A stretch of 51,180 nt of DNA from an uncultured Myxococcales bacterium (GCA_964013405.1 CAXGWI010000009.1:1-51180); one strand, 5' to 3'. Shown: positions 1-9,809, numbered from the stretch's first letter. Notes: generated from the sequence alone by a model not told the origin. Program-made: numbers and translations.

Positions 1-162
1 TCGACTCGGGCTCATCGCTCGACTCGGGCTCATCGCTCGACTCGGGCTCATCGCTCGACTCGGGCTCATCGCTGGGCTCGGGCTCATCGCTGGGCTCGGG
101 CTCATCGCTCGACTCGGGCTCATCGCTCGACTCAGGCTCATCGCTGGACTCAGGCCCATCGC
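1..162. repeat. 18-bp tandem repeat (unit TCGACTCGGGCTCATCGC), 9 copies visible and running off the window start; encodes (SDEPE[S/P])n on the minus strand
   Basis: Read directly. Units start at 1, 19, 37, 55, 73, 91, 109, 127 and 145; copies at 73/91 begin TGGGCT and the last two are degenerate. Confidence 0.95.
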
Positions 163-1021
163 TGACTCCAGCTTCGATCGCCGTGACTTCATCGCCACCC
201 TCGAGCGCCTCAAGAGCGGCGGCCGCAAGATCGGCCAGCTCGTCTTCACCCTCGAAGACCAGCTCGTCGATCGATTGATCGTCGACTGCTTCCACCTCGG
301 CTGCTTCGGTCTCCCCGTCACCATCAAGAGCAGCCAGGGCAGCGGCCGCTAAATCCCCGAGGTCATCATCCTCGTGGCCGGCCGCCATCATCGGCTCCAT
401 GGTGGGCTCTTCATCGACGACAGGATCGGATCCGCCGAGGGCCATGACAGGCTCCGCAGCCTCTGGCGACGATTCGATGGCCAAGTCCTCAAGGTTGACC
501 GGTTCGTTCGACGCAGGTTCCGGAATCTGCGCTAAATCGAGCCCTGTCTCATCGAAGGCAACGCTAGCCAGCGGGTCCTCCAGACTTGGGTCAAGAACCG
601 CGGTGGCCGGCAACCCGCCAGAAGACGGAAGCATGGTCATCTTCTGAGCTTCTTCCTCGGCCTGTTGGCGGTCTGAGAAAGACGCGACCTCGGGGTCTCC
701 CGCCGCCTCGACATCCTCAGGAGCCGCCTCTTCAACACGCACGATAGAGGTGCCGATCAGGATGCGGTCACCAATCGCCAACTCGGCTTTGGTGATCCGC
801 TCACCATTCACGAAAGTCCCATTTTTCGAGCCCAGGTCGGTGACCTGAACCGTCCCATCGTCGTTGGCAAACTCAACATGCCGCCGAGACACCATCTCTT
901 CGAAGAGCGTCAGCGTCACGTCGTTCCCACGGCCAATAGAAACGGCCTCACCCGAGCCCAAAATATAGGTCCCGCCCTGATACTTACCACTGATGAAGTG
1001 GAGCTTTCTGTGGGTGCTCAA
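1..1021 (-). CDS. FHA-domain protein with long acidic low-complexity tail (C-terminus beyond window; absent from the ORF track)
   Basis: Manual translation from TTG at 1021 (TTGA overlap with the upstream stop): MSTHRKLHFISGKYQGGTYIL...SIGRGNDVTLTLFEEMVSRRHVEF...VTDLGSKNGTFVNGERI...GDRILIG. FHA motifs GR, SRxH and NGT are present, and the frame stays open to base 1. Confidence 0.88.
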   Translation of the reverse strand, partial: MSTHRKLHFISGKYQGGTYILGSGEAVSIGRGNDVTLTLFEEMVSRRHVEFANDDGTVQVTDLGSKNGTFVNGERITKAELAIGDRILIGTSIVRVEEAAPEDVEAAGDPEVASFSDRQQAEEEAQKMTMLPSSGGLPATAVLDPSLEDPLASVAFDETGLDLAQIPEPASNEPVNLEDLAIESSPEAAEPVMALGGSDPVVDEEPTMEPMMAAGHEDDDLGDLAAAALAALDGDGETEAAEVEAVDDQSIDELVFEGEDELADLAAAALEALEGGDEVTAIEAGVSDGPESSDEPESSDEPESSDEPEPSDEPEPSDEPESSDEPESSDEPESSDEPES

Positions 1022-1803
1022 GGTGCTTTCTCCCGCTGAAAGGCCGACCGAGCAGGATGCAACTCAGGCGCCTTCACCTCATCCTTCACCGACTGGACCC
1101 GGCTGCGCAAGTCCTTCACCCACTCGATATCCTCCGGATTTTCAGAAACATCTGGATATCGCTGGCGGGCGTTCTCGACCCGCTGCAATGCGGCCCGCAG
1201 GCGGCCTTGCTGTTCATTCCATCGAGCCAGGTACATTTGGCGTTTGTAGAGCAAGGCCCAGGCTTTGACCTGTAAGCCCTTGAGTGACTCGACCCGTGCA
1301 TCCTCAGGATGGTGGCGAAAGAAGACGGAAAGGGCGAGTACGGTGGCCTCCACATCCTCGAGATCCCGTTCATGGGGGGGCGGTAAGAGGAAGAAATCGC
1401 CCGGCCACTGTTCTTCGAGCACTTTGATGATGCCGTAACGGGCCTCGACCAGGCGGGCATGGGTCGGGTGCTGCTCGATGAAGCGAGTAAACGCAGCGAT
1501 GGCCATCTCCGAATTGCCCTGAACTGCTTCGGCTTCGGCCGCACCGAGTTCCGCCTCGGTCGCATAGGTAGAGAAAGGGTATTTCTCTGTCACTTCTCGA
1601 AAGGCTGCTGCAGCCTCGATCCCAAGGCCGCGCTTGAGGTAGCTCTGGGCCCGGTCGTAGGCATCTTTTGCCCGCTGTTGATAGGCTTCCGGTGCCAGCG
1701 AAGTCAGATCCTCTTCCTCCCCCTTGAGCAGTTCGCGGCGCTCCTCAAGGGTCGACTCCATCGGTGACATGGGCGTCGCCAAGATCAATAAACCTAGGAT
1801 CAT
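1018..1803 (-). CDS. bamD: Outer membrane protein assembly factor BamD/YfiO-like TPR protein
   Basis: FREVTEKYPFSTYATEAEL, FTRFIEQHPTH, ERDLEDV, and ALQRVENARQRYPD match the BamD pattern. Start placed at ATG 1803 (ATGA overlap). Confidence 0.72.
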   Translation of the reverse strand: MILGLLILATPMSPMESTLEERRELLKGEEEDLTSLAPEAYQQRAKDAYDRAQSYLKRGLGIEAAAAFREVTEKYPFSTYATEAELGAAEAEAVQGNSEMAIAAFTRFIEQHPTHARLVEARYGIIKVLEEQWPGDFFLLPPPHERDLEDVEATVLALSVFFRHHPEDARVESLKGLQVKAWALLYKRQMYLARWNEQQGRLRAALQRVENARQRYPDVSENPEDIEWVKDLRSRVQSVKDEVKAPELHPARSAFQREKAP

Positions 1804-2462
1804 TTCTTCTCCACCACATCGATAAGGCCCTCGGCCTGAATCCAACCAACCAACGCGCCAGCCACCTCAATCTTGGCCCACTCTGCGTCACGATCCAAGA
1901 CCCGCACGATCTGGCTCGTTTCGACCTTAGCCAGTGACTTCGCCTTGGACTTTGGCTCCATCATCAGAGCCTGTGGCTGGGTTGCCACAGCCCGCTGATC
2001 ACCGGCAAGCGACAGTTGGGCGGCAGCCGAGACGGCGCAAAGGGCGAAAGCAGCGAGGGCGAGGCCAAGGCTTGACCGGTGCTGCAAACGCCGACGACAG
2101 GCGATGAGACCGAGAACGAAGGCAAAAAGTCCCAACCATTCCAGGGGAAGTCGTGTGGGCAGAGGCGGGGGCAAGTGAAGGGGCCAAGGGGGAGCGACAT
2201 CGGCCCTTTTCTCGCGCCCCTGGCCAGCGAGAAAGAGGTTAAAACGCAGTGACTCGTCATCGCCGCCGAGGCGTTCCGCCCGCAGATAGTTGACGACTGC
2301 GTCGGGCCATCGCCCGGCTGCATGGGCAACAAAGGCCCGATTGTAGTAATCGGCCGCGTCCGTGGCCTCTTGTTGCTGCAACAGGACCCATGCGCCTTTG
2401 GGATCCCCGGCATCGAGCCGATCTTGGGCAGTCACGGTACTCAAGAGGAGGAAGACGATCAC
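1800..2462 (-). CDS. batE: BatE-like protein (TPR, two TM segments, C-terminal SH3)
   Basis: YYNRAFVAHAAGRWPDAVVNYLRAERL...LRFNL TPR, and a C-terminal VRVLDRDAEWAKIEVAGALVGWI SH3b. Position after batD; GTG start overlaps the batD stop. Confidence 0.7.
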   Translation of the reverse strand: MIVFLLLSTVTAQDRLDAGDPKGAWVLLQQQEATDAADYYNRAFVAHAAGRWPDAVVNYLRAERLGGDDESLRFNLFLAGQGREKRADVAPPWPLHLPPPLPTRLPLEWLGLFAFVLGLIACRRRLQHRSSLGLALAAFALCAVSAAAQLSLAGDQRAVATQPQALMMEPKSKAKSLAKVETSQIVRVLDRDAEWAKIEVAGALVGWIQAEGLIDVVEKK

Positions 2463-4057
2463 CGTAAGCCCTCCAGCCAACTGGCCAGTAGCGCTTCTGC
2501 TTCTTCCTGCGCGGTGGTCTGCCCCCCATAGGTTAGCCGATCCAACTCGGACAATGCTTCATCGAGTCGTTCCAACTCTTCCCCAGACAATCGTTGGTCC
2601 AAGTGGGCCAATAACTCCTGGCGAGTCAGCCCACGAACCGCCTCGCCTCCGGCAAGGTTTTGGAGAGCTTGTTCCAGTCGGTTCAACGGCGTGACCACCT
2701 CACGAACGGTCGGCTGAGACCGCCGAGGGACCAGACTGAGCAAAGCGAGAAGGGCTGCACAGATCGGCAAGATGGGGCCCCGGGCCCATACGGGCGCGCC
2801 GACTTGATCCCGTAATCCGCCGATGGGCCCCATCGGCCGCACATTTGCCCTGGGACCGATCCGATCTCGGGCATCACCTGCAGCGTTCGGCTCCGAGCCC
2901 TTCGCTTGTAGTTCAAAGGGTCCAAGAATTTCCTCTTTAATCTGACCGAGTTCCGGGTCGAACCAGCGAACGACAAAGGCGTCGATGGTAAAGCGCCCGG
3001 GACGGGTCGCCTGCACGGGCAGCGTCCAACTCAGGGTCCCTCCCACGAACTCCGACTCCCGCCAAAGGTCGACCTGCCGCTGGGCGTTGAAGGCCCGCAG
3101 CCCCTTGGGAAGAGGAGGAACCGTCATGGGGAAGGCGGCTAGATCGCCCGCGCCGGTCACTTTGATGCTGAGTTGGGCAGCATCGCCCACCATCAGATCC
3201 GGTGGATCGAGTTCCGCCTCGACCTCGTAGCGCCCAACCTCCTGGCGGGTGATGTCCTCTGGCAAAGCGTTCACTTGAAGAGACAGGGAGGCAGAACGCA
3301 GTTCCACCGCTTCCGAGCGACGGAAGAAGCCATCTTCCTTGATCACCTCGACCACCGCTCGGGAGCCCCCCAATTCCATGGGGCCCGAGGCTTCGGCGAA
3401 TCCAGCCCAGCGACCGATGAGTCGACGAACATATCGCTGTCCGCCCACCTCTTCGACCATCGCTCTGCCGCCCTTGGGAAGACTCAACTCCTCCCACCAC
3501 AGGTCTTTGCCTTCCGGGTGGGAGACTTCGCTGTATTTGTGCACTTCGACCTGTCGATAAAGATGATAGAGGAAGGCACTCACTGTGAACTGCTGACCCA
3601 CGACGGGGTCCCGGGGGCTGACCTCGAGATGGAGAAACAGAGGCTCGCCCTCGGGTTGTTCAGCCAAACTATCGAGGCTGCGGACGTTCACAGTCACAGC
3701 CGGCCCCCGCCAGCGCCGGCCATCGGCGATGACGTCAACGGGACCAATGCGTCGCTTGCCGGGCTTGTCTGGAGCCCGCAATTGATAGCGGAGGACCGTC
3801 TGCTGCATGACCTCCTTGCGCCCTCCGCTGATCGTCCACCGAGTGCTGTTGAAGCGACCTGCGCTACCTAGGTTCGTAAAGGCACCGAGTCGCAATTCCT
3901 CTGCGCTGACCGGTCCACCCTGCTGATGGTGAACCTTGATCTCCAAGGTGGTGCGCGCACCGGCTTGGACGGGGTTTGGGTCCAAACTCAACTCGACACG
4001 GGCCGCGCCTGACACACTGGAGAAGAGCAGAACTGCGAGCCCGAAACACCTCACCAT
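2459..4057 (-). CDS. batD: BatD family protein (oxygen-tolerance domain repeats)
   Basis: Signal peptide, YQLRAPDKPGKRRIGP, PVVGQQFTV, VGRYEVEAELDP..L.VGDAAQLSIKVTGAGDL and WFDPELGQ motifs, C-terminal TM; operon context. Confidence 0.85.
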   Translation of the reverse strand: MVRCFGLAVLLFSSVSGAARVELSLDPNPVQAGARTTLEIKVHHQQGGPVSAEELRLGAFTNLGSAGRFNSTRWTISGGRKEVMQQTVLRYQLRAPDKPGKRRIGPVDVIADGRRWRGPAVTVNVRSLDSLAEQPEGEPLFLHLEVSPRDPVVGQQFTVSAFLYHLYRQVEVHKYSEVSHPEGKDLWWEELSLPKGGRAMVEEVGGQRYVRRLIGRWAGFAEASGPMELGGSRAVVEVIKEDGFFRRSEAVELRSASLSLQVNALPEDITRQEVGRYEVEAELDPPDLMVGDAAQLSIKVTGAGDLAAFPMTVPPLPKGLRAFNAQRQVDLWRESEFVGGTLSWTLPVQATRPGRFTIDAFVVRWFDPELGQIKEEILGPFELQAKGSEPNAAGDARDRIGPRANVRPMGPIGGLRDQVGAPVWARGPILPICAALLALLSLVPRRSQPTVREVVTPLNRLEQALQNLAGGEAVRGLTRQELLAHLDQRLSGEELERLDEALSELDRLTYGGQTTAQEEAEALLASWLEGLR

Positions 4058-5841
4058 TCTTTCTCCACGGGCCGGCTCGACTGCGGCGGTTGCCAGGTCT
4101 CCAGGGGAAGCAGTTGTTGTCTCGCCCGGTAACTGTCCAACAATCCCTGACTTGGACTTCGAGGTCCAGCATCGCCCTGAGGCTCGGCCGCATCCTGCGC
4201 CGGGTTGGGCTCCATCGGGCCTGGCCCAGCATCGGGCCCGGTCGGCTCATCCGGCGGTGGTTCGGCCTCTGGCCCGCCATCTTGCTCTTGATCGCCATCG
4301 GGGGATTGCGGCGCTTCCGACTCGTCGTCCTTACCTTCCTCGTTTTCGTCCCGCTGCCCATCGTCGTCCGGGTTTTTGTTGTCAGACTTCTCCTCGCCGT
4401 CCTCCTTGTCCTGATCGCCCTCGTCGTCACCCTCTCCCTGCTCATTGGAGTCCTGGTCTGGGGGCTTCGGTACCGGTGCGAGCAAGTGGCGTAACCAACG
4501 GGTCGCCGGTTGATGACCCGGTTGGCGAATCAAGGCCTGTCGGAGCTGATGAAGGGCGCGCTCTTTGTCGCCGGCTTTGGCGAAGGCTTCCCCTCTCGCC
4601 GTCAGGGCCCGTACCAACTCGTCCCCCTCCAAACGGGCTGTGGCCCGTCCGAGGGCACGGGCAGCCTCCTCGTGACGACCAAGACGCAAGAGCGCGAGGC
4701 CACGATTGTAATCGAGGCGGGGGTCCTGACCTCGACTTTCGGCCGCATCAAAGGCCGCCAATGCCTCCTCCGCATTGCCCGCTTCCAGAGCCTGCACCCC
4801 GGCGGCCGCATCCGGATCCTCGTGCTCAGGGCCAGCGAAACCAGTGAGCATCGGCAAAACCAAGAGAACGAGCACGCGGGGCCAGCGCCAAAAGAGCGCC
4901 CCAAAAATCAAACCCAACAGCAGGCAAAACAGAAACCACCGGGGTCTCGCTTCACTCCGGATCGGCTGATGTGCGCCCCGCTCCAATTCCACCAAGGCCC
5001 GCTCCAATTGGGTGGCTGCATCTCGCCCAGGCCGAATCGCGAGATGCTGCCCCTCGGCGATCTCTGCCAGTTGAGCGAGCAGCAGGCCTTGGGCCCGACT
5101 CACGACGGGACGCCCTGCTTTGTCCCGCAGGTAACCCCCTTCACCATCGGGTACAGGTTCGCCTAACTCGCTACCCACAGTAACAAAGAAGCTCCGAACC
5201 CCGGCGTCTCTCAAGGCCTCCACCATGGGCTTAAGTTGGGCCTCATCACTCTCGTGCTCCTCGCCGTCGGTCAGCACCACCAACACTCGGTCCCCCTCCC
5301 CCCCCTCTTCGAAGGCCCGCAAAGAGGCATCGAAAACCGAGGCGAGGTTGGTCCCCCCCACGGGCAAGCTCCCGGTGCGGACATCACCGAGGTAGCGACT
5401 GAACATCTCCCCATCGCGGGTAAAGGGACAGAGCAGATGGGAGGTCCCCGCAAAGGTCATCAAGGCAAAGCGGTCTCCCTCGAGTCGGCGGGCCATCCGC
5501 TCAACGGTTCGCCGGGCCGCGGACAAGCGGTTCGGACTGAGGTCCTGGGCGTCCATGGACCGGCTCACATCGACAGCGATCAGCAGATCGAGCCCGCGCC
5601 CCTCAACCCAATGGACCTCCGCTGGTCCCTCAAGCCGGGCGAAGCCGAGGGTAAAGCCCAGCAACGAGATCGTCGCCAGGATCTTGAAAATCAAGGGGTT
5701 GCGGCGCGGCCGGGCATTGGCCCGTAGGTTTTCGGCCAGACCAAGCCCCTTCAAGTCTGTGCCCAGTGCGCCCAAGCCACGGCGCCAGATCCAGGGCAGG
5801 CTAAAAAGCAACAACAACCACATCGGATCGGCAAGTCGCAT
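4051..5841 (-). CDS. batB: BatB-like VWA protein fused to BatC-like TPR and acidic tail
   Basis: MIDAS DVSRSM, LCPFTRD, GGTNL and LTDGE; then TPRs (YNRGLALLRLG), an acidic linker and the VEKEW end typical of BatC. ATG 5841 forms a TAATG overlap. Confidence 0.85.
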   Translation of the reverse strand: MRLADPMWLLLLFSLPWIWRRGLGALGTDLKGLGLAENLRANARPRRNPLIFKILATISLLGFTLGFARLEGPAEVHWVEGRGLDLLIAVDVSRSMDAQDLSPNRLSAARRTVERMARRLEGDRFALMTFAGTSHLLCPFTRDGEMFSRYLGDVRTGSLPVGGTNLASVFDASLRAFEEGGEGDRVLVVLTDGEEHESDEAQLKPMVEALRDAGVRSFFVTVGSELGEPVPDGEGGYLRDKAGRPVVSRAQGLLLAQLAEIAEGQHLAIRPGRDAATQLERALVELERGAHQPIRSEARPRWFLFCLLLGLIFGALFWRWPRVLVLLVLPMLTGFAGPEHEDPDAAAGVQALEAGNAEEALAAFDAAESRGQDPRLDYNRGLALLRLGRHEEAARALGRATARLEGDELVRALTARGEAFAKAGDKERALHQLRQALIRQPGHQPATRWLRHLLAPVPKPPDQDSNEQGEGDDEGDQDKEDGEEKSDNKNPDDDGQRDENEEGKDDESEAPQSPDGDQEQDGGPEAEPPPDEPTGPDAGPGPMEPNPAQDAAEPQGDAGPRSPSQGLLDSYRARQQLLPLETWQPPQSSRPVEKEW

Positions 5842-6881
5842 TAGGAACGCTCCGGAACGGCCAGGCCCAAAAGGAGCCACAGCAGGGCAACTCCAGCCAA
5901 GGCTGGCGTCAATCCAGCGCTGAGGTCCTGGCCTCGACTTGGCTGGGCTTGGTCCTCCATCTCCCGTCGCTCGAGTCCATCGAGAATCTCATGAAAGCGG
6001 CGGCGGAGCCGTGCTTCATCCTGGGCTCGATAAAACTCACCACCACTCAGCCGGGCGATGGAAGCGAGAAGGCGGGGGTCAGCCTCCAGGCGGAACTGGA
6101 CGATCTGGGGCTCGCCTTCTTCGATGCCAACGAGCACCGGGACGTCGGGAGCCTCACTACCGATCAACACCGTATCCACCCGGACGCCAGCTTCGGCTGC
6201 TGCCCGGGCCGCATCCAAAGGCTCCACATTGCCTGCGGTGTTCTTACCATCGGTCACGAGGACGACCACCTTCGATGCGGCTTTGGATTCCTCCAAGCGC
6301 AAGGTGCTGGCTAGCAATGCATTGCCGATGGCTGTCCCATCTTCGATGACGCCGGGCCGCAAACGCCGCAAGACCTGAACGAGAAACTCGTGGTCGAAGG
6401 TCAGAGGCACCTGCGAAAAGGCTTCTTTCGAGAAGACGACGAGACCCACTCTATCCCGGTGCCGCTGCCCCACAAACTCCTCGACCACCCGCTGGGCCGC
6501 AGCGATCCGAGTTGACTGCCGGGCCTCCTCAAGACTGATCCGCCGCCCCGAACTGCGCACCCCCATATCGAGGGCGTACATGGAGGTGGAGAGATCTAAT
6601 GCGATGACGAGATCGATACCGCTCTTCTTCTCCACGTGCGGTGCAGGCGCCGTTGGGCCCGCAAGCACGACCACGGTGCCCATAAAGACGATGAGGGCAG
6701 CCAACTGCCGGACCAAACGAAGCAGCCGCCCCCAACCCCACCCGTGGCCGATCTGCCCGAAGTGGGCGGCAGTGGGCAGGTTGATGGCCGCCGGCCTGCG
6801 CCGAAAGAACCCCAGGAGGAGGAGCAGCAGCAGCGCAAACGCCAAAGGGCGCTCCCACATCATCCCGAAGAGCGGCGTCAT
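5841..6881 (-). CDS. batA: BatA-like VWA domain membrane protein
   Basis: GIDLVIALDLSTSM, DRVGLVVF, QVPLTFDH, DGTAIGNAL, SKVVVLVTDGKNTAG and SGGEFYRA. Confidence 0.9.
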   Translation of the reverse strand: MTPLFGMMWERPLAFALLLLLLLGFFRRRPAAINLPTAAHFGQIGHGWGWGRLLRLVRQLAALIVFMGTVVVLAGPTAPAPHVEKKSGIDLVIALDLSTSMYALDMGVRSSGRRISLEEARQSTRIAAAQRVVEEFVGQRHRDRVGLVVFSKEAFSQVPLTFDHEFLVQVLRRLRPGVIEDGTAIGNALLASTLRLEESKAASKVVVLVTDGKNTAGNVEPLDAARAAAEAGVRVDTVLIGSEAPDVPVLVGIEEGEPQIVQFRLEADPRLLASIARLSGGEFYRAQDEARLRRRFHEILDGLERREMEDQAQPSRGQDLSAGLTPALAGVALLWLLLGLAVPERS

Positions 6882-7840
6882 GCTGAGCCTCCCGAGATCG
6901 ACCGTTGACTCTTCTCGGCTTTGCGAATCCAGCCTTCGACCAGGTCGAGAAGATCCGCGATGGCTTCCCGGTCCGCCTCGGCACCGGCGTAACGCACTTG
7001 ATCCGCAGCATCGAGGAGGTCCTTGAGTCCCTTGCGAGGCACCCCAGGAAGGGCGGTCTCGGTACTGGCCTCAAGGATTTCTTCGCTGGTGGATTCCGCT
7101 GTGTTCAAGCCAAACCGGGCATCTAGATAGGCCCGGAGAATGGCCAACAACTCAAACCAGGCTTGGCGTTGCTCAGTGGGTTGCTTCAACCGCTTCCGGA
7201 GCAGCTTCAGATCCTTCAGAGCCTGCTCATAGGGATCGATGACCACGGCCGGCGCCACAGTCTCCGCCCCTTGGGCCCGAGGCCAGAACCGAACGAGCAG
7301 GGCGAGCAGGGCCAAGACGCCGATGAGACCCAGCACCCAATAGAAAGAGGCTGGTGGACCGGGACGCAGCACAACCATCGGCTTGAACCCAACCTCAGGC
7401 GCCTGTGGTGAAGGGCCTGCATCCATCACTTGCAAAGGCAAGGCGGGAACTTGGAGTTTCTGGTCATCGATACGGACTTGGAAGCTGGGACTCCGCACCT
7501 CGCCCACGTCGAGGATCACCAGGGGGTAGCGCAGGGTTTCGAGGAGATCATCGCCATCGGCCTCTAAGGACCGCTTGGGTAGGCCGGTCGCCATCATGCC
7601 CTTGCCTTCGGGTAGGGTCTCGGGCGCGTCCAGGCTTGAGTTCTTGCTGTAGCGCACTCGCAAGACGAGGGTCACCACTTCGCCGGGAAGGAGCCCCGAG
7701 CCTTCTAGGTCGGCCGTCAACTGGGCTGGTTTTTTCTCCCGGCGAGCAGCCGATGGCCCCGCATCGACTTGGGCTTCGCCGGCCTCAAGCCGTGGGCCAC
7801 CGTCTGCCCAGACGTTGGCCAGTAAGACGAGCGCGATCAT
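6878..7840 (-). CDS. Bat-operon membrane protein (BatD-like Ig domain plus DUF4381-like C-terminus)
   Basis: One TM followed by PYEQALKDL, LLAILRAYLDARFGLNTAESTSEEIL and ADQVRYA; lies between DUF58 and batA. Start at ATG 7840. Confidence 0.75.
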   Translation of the reverse strand: MIALVLLANVWADGGPRLEAGEAQVDAGPSAARREKKPAQLTADLEGSGLLPGEVVTLVLRVRYSKNSSLDAPETLPEGKGMMATGLPKRSLEADGDDLLETLRYPLVILDVGEVRSPSFQVRIDDQKLQVPALPLQVMDAGPSPQAPEVGFKPMVVLRPGPPASFYWVLGLIGVLALLALLVRFWPRAQGAETVAPAVVIDPYEQALKDLKLLRKRLKQPTEQRQAWFELLAILRAYLDARFGLNTAESTSEEILEASTETALPGVPRKGLKDLLDAADQVRYAGAEADREAIADLLDLVEGWIRKAEKSQRSISGGSA

Positions 7841-8727
7841 GCCCAGCCCCGCTGGCGCCTGGCCCGCCCCTGAAGCCAACCAAGGAGCGGCGCTACGGGA
7901 TCATCGCCGGCCCGTAATTCCAAACCATCGACCCCACCCTTGGCCAGTTGACTGCGGACCGCATGCATCTGCTCCGCTCGGCCTTCGGCGTAGCGGCGAC
8001 GCAGCGCACCATCGGAGCTGTCCACCAGGCCCACGCCTTCAATCTGCAACAGGCCAGCCGACGGGAGTTCCCATTCCAGGTCATCTCGAATGGCGACGCA
8101 GAGCAGTTCGTGCCGGCTGTTGAGGCGGGTGAGCGCTTCCAGTCCATCGGGCGCCAAGAAATCGCTGATCACAATGACCAAGGAGCGGCGACGGGTGAGC
8201 CGGCCGAGTCGCTCCAGCGCCTCGACGAGGTCCCCCTCACCGGCCCGGCTGGAAGGCCGGGGAATCAGCACCTCTCGCACGACTCGAATCGCCCGCTGCA
8301 AGCCTTTGGTAGGGGCTAGGCTCAGCGGCTCATCCTCACCAAAGGTGAGCAGCCCAACTCGGTCCCGGTTCCGGACCGCGAGGATCGCCACAACGGCAGC
8401 GATCACGGCCGCTGTCTGGACTTTCAAGGTCTCCCGGGAGCCGAAGTGCATACGATGAGAACGGTCGACCACGAGGAGCACGTGGCCTTCCCGCTCCTCG
8501 TGAAAGCGCCGGACAAAGGGGCGTCCCGCACGGGCCGATGCGTTCCAGTCGATGTGGCGAACCTCATCCCCAGGTCGGTATTCATCAAGTTCAGCGAAGT
8601 CCAAGCCGGAGCCTCGGAAGGTCGAGCGATAAGCCCCCGCCGACTCCGCATTGGAGGCACGACTGGCCAATGCGACAGCCTCACGGACTCGCTTAAGTAG
8701 CTCCCGGCTTTGGGCTTCGATGTCCAT
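7837..8727 (-). CDS. DUF58 (VWA-like) protein
   Basis: YRSTFRGSGLDFAELDEYRPGDEVRHIDWNASAR, FHEERE, DRVGL and VISDF. Confidence 0.92.
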   Translation of the reverse strand: MDIEAQSRELLKRVREAVALASRASNAESAGAYRSTFRGSGLDFAELDEYRPGDEVRHIDWNASARAGRPFVRRFHEEREGHVLLVVDRSHRMHFGSRETLKVQTAAVIAAVVAILAVRNRDRVGLLTFGEDEPLSLAPTKGLQRAIRVVREVLIPRPSSRAGEGDLVEALERLGRLTRRRSLVIVISDFLAPDGLEALTRLNSRHELLCVAIRDDLEWELPSAGLLQIEGVGLVDSSDGALRRRYAEGRAEQMHAVRSQLAKGGVDGLELRAGDDPVAPLLGWLQGRARRQRGWA

Positions 8728-8731
8728 GGTT

Positions 8732-9721
8732 TCAGGGCACGGGAACGGCCGCGAGAATCCGCCGCACCACCTCGTCCCCATCGACCGCTTCGGCTCTCGC
8801 CTCATAGCTCAGCACCATCCGGTGACGAAGAACGTCTGGCGCAAGTTCTTTGACGTCATCAGGGGTGACATACGCTCGCCGAGAGAGCAGGGCCTGGGCC
8901 CGGCAAGCCAAGCCCAAAGCGATACTCGCTCGGGGGGAGGCGCCGTACTCAAGCAGCCCCTCCAGGCCCTTCACCTTGTAGGCCTTCGGCCGTCGGGATG
9001 CGTGGACTAGATCGATGGTATAGTTGCGGACGCGCTCATCCATATAGACCCTTGGCAGGAGATCACGGAGGCGCATCAGAGCCGCTGGCTCGATCACAGC
9101 CTGGGCCTGGGGAGGCTCCGGCTGAATCACCAAGTCGACGATCTTTCGCTCTTCTTCAACCGTGGGGTAATCGAGCATGACGTGCAGCAGGAAGCGGTCG
9201 AGTTGGGCTTCGGGCAAATGGTAGGTGCCCTCCTGCTCAATGGGGTTCTGGGTCGCTAGAACGATGAACGGGCTCGGGAGGGCGTGGGTGCCATCCCCCA
9301 AGGTGACCTGGCGCTCTTCCATCGCCTCGAGCAAGGCAGACTGGACCTTTGCCGGTGCCCGATTGATCTCATCGGCCAGGACGAGATTGGCGAAGATCGG
9401 CCCTTGTCGAACAGTAAACTGGCCGGTTTGGGGTTGATAGATCATGGTCCCGGTGATGTCGGAAGGCAGCAGGTCCGGCGTAAACTGGATCCGCTGAAAA
9501 TCGAGTTTCAGCGCCTTGGAGACCGCCTTTACGGTGCGGGTCTTGGCCAAGCCGGGGACGCCTTCTACGAGCAGATGGCCCTGGGCGATCAGGCCGACCA
9601 AGATGCGGTCCACCAGGGTTTGCTGGCCCACGACCTCACGGGCCACTTGCTCCCGTAGCGTGAGCATTGTCGCGCCTTCGCGCTGAATGATTTCAGTCAG
9701 TTGCTCGAGGGGTGCTTCCAC
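8732..9721 (-). CDS. moxR: MoxR family AAA+ ATPase
   Basis: LVEGVPGLAKT, RIQFTPDLLPSD, LADEINRAPAKVQSALLEAM and ATQNPIEQEGTY.LPEAQLDRF; GGAGG RBS at 9726-9730. Confidence 0.97.
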   Translation of the reverse strand: MEAPLEQLTEIIQREGATMLTLREQVAREVVGQQTLVDRILVGLIAQGHLLVEGVPGLAKTRTVKAVSKALKLDFQRIQFTPDLLPSDITGTMIYQPQTGQFTVRQGPIFANLVLADEINRAPAKVQSALLEAMEERQVTLGDGTHALPSPFIVLATQNPIEQEGTYHLPEAQLDRFLLHVMLDYPTVEEERKIVDLVIQPEPPQAQAVIEPAALMRLRDLLPRVYMDERVRNYTIDLVHASRRPKAYKVKGLEGLLEYGASPRASIALGLACRAQALLSRRAYVTPDDVKELAPDVLRHRMVLSYEARAEAVDGDEVVRRILAAVPVP

Positions 9722-9809
9722 TTGGCCTCCTTAATCTGAGTCGGCAGCAGAAACCCCGCGTGGGAGCAACCGTCAAGTCCCACGTGCGCGCGACCCCCGC
9801 TGCTTTGAC

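Noticed and set aside
1..162. Tandem repeat as a CRISPR array
   Set aside because: No spacers; the 18-bp unit is in frame within a CDS; no cas genes.
3173..5166. Long antisense or alternate-frame ORFs (e.g. 3173-3871, 3936-4847, 4510-5166, and similar across the window)
   Set aside because: Shadow ORFs expected in GC-rich DNA opposite well-supported genes; no motifs.
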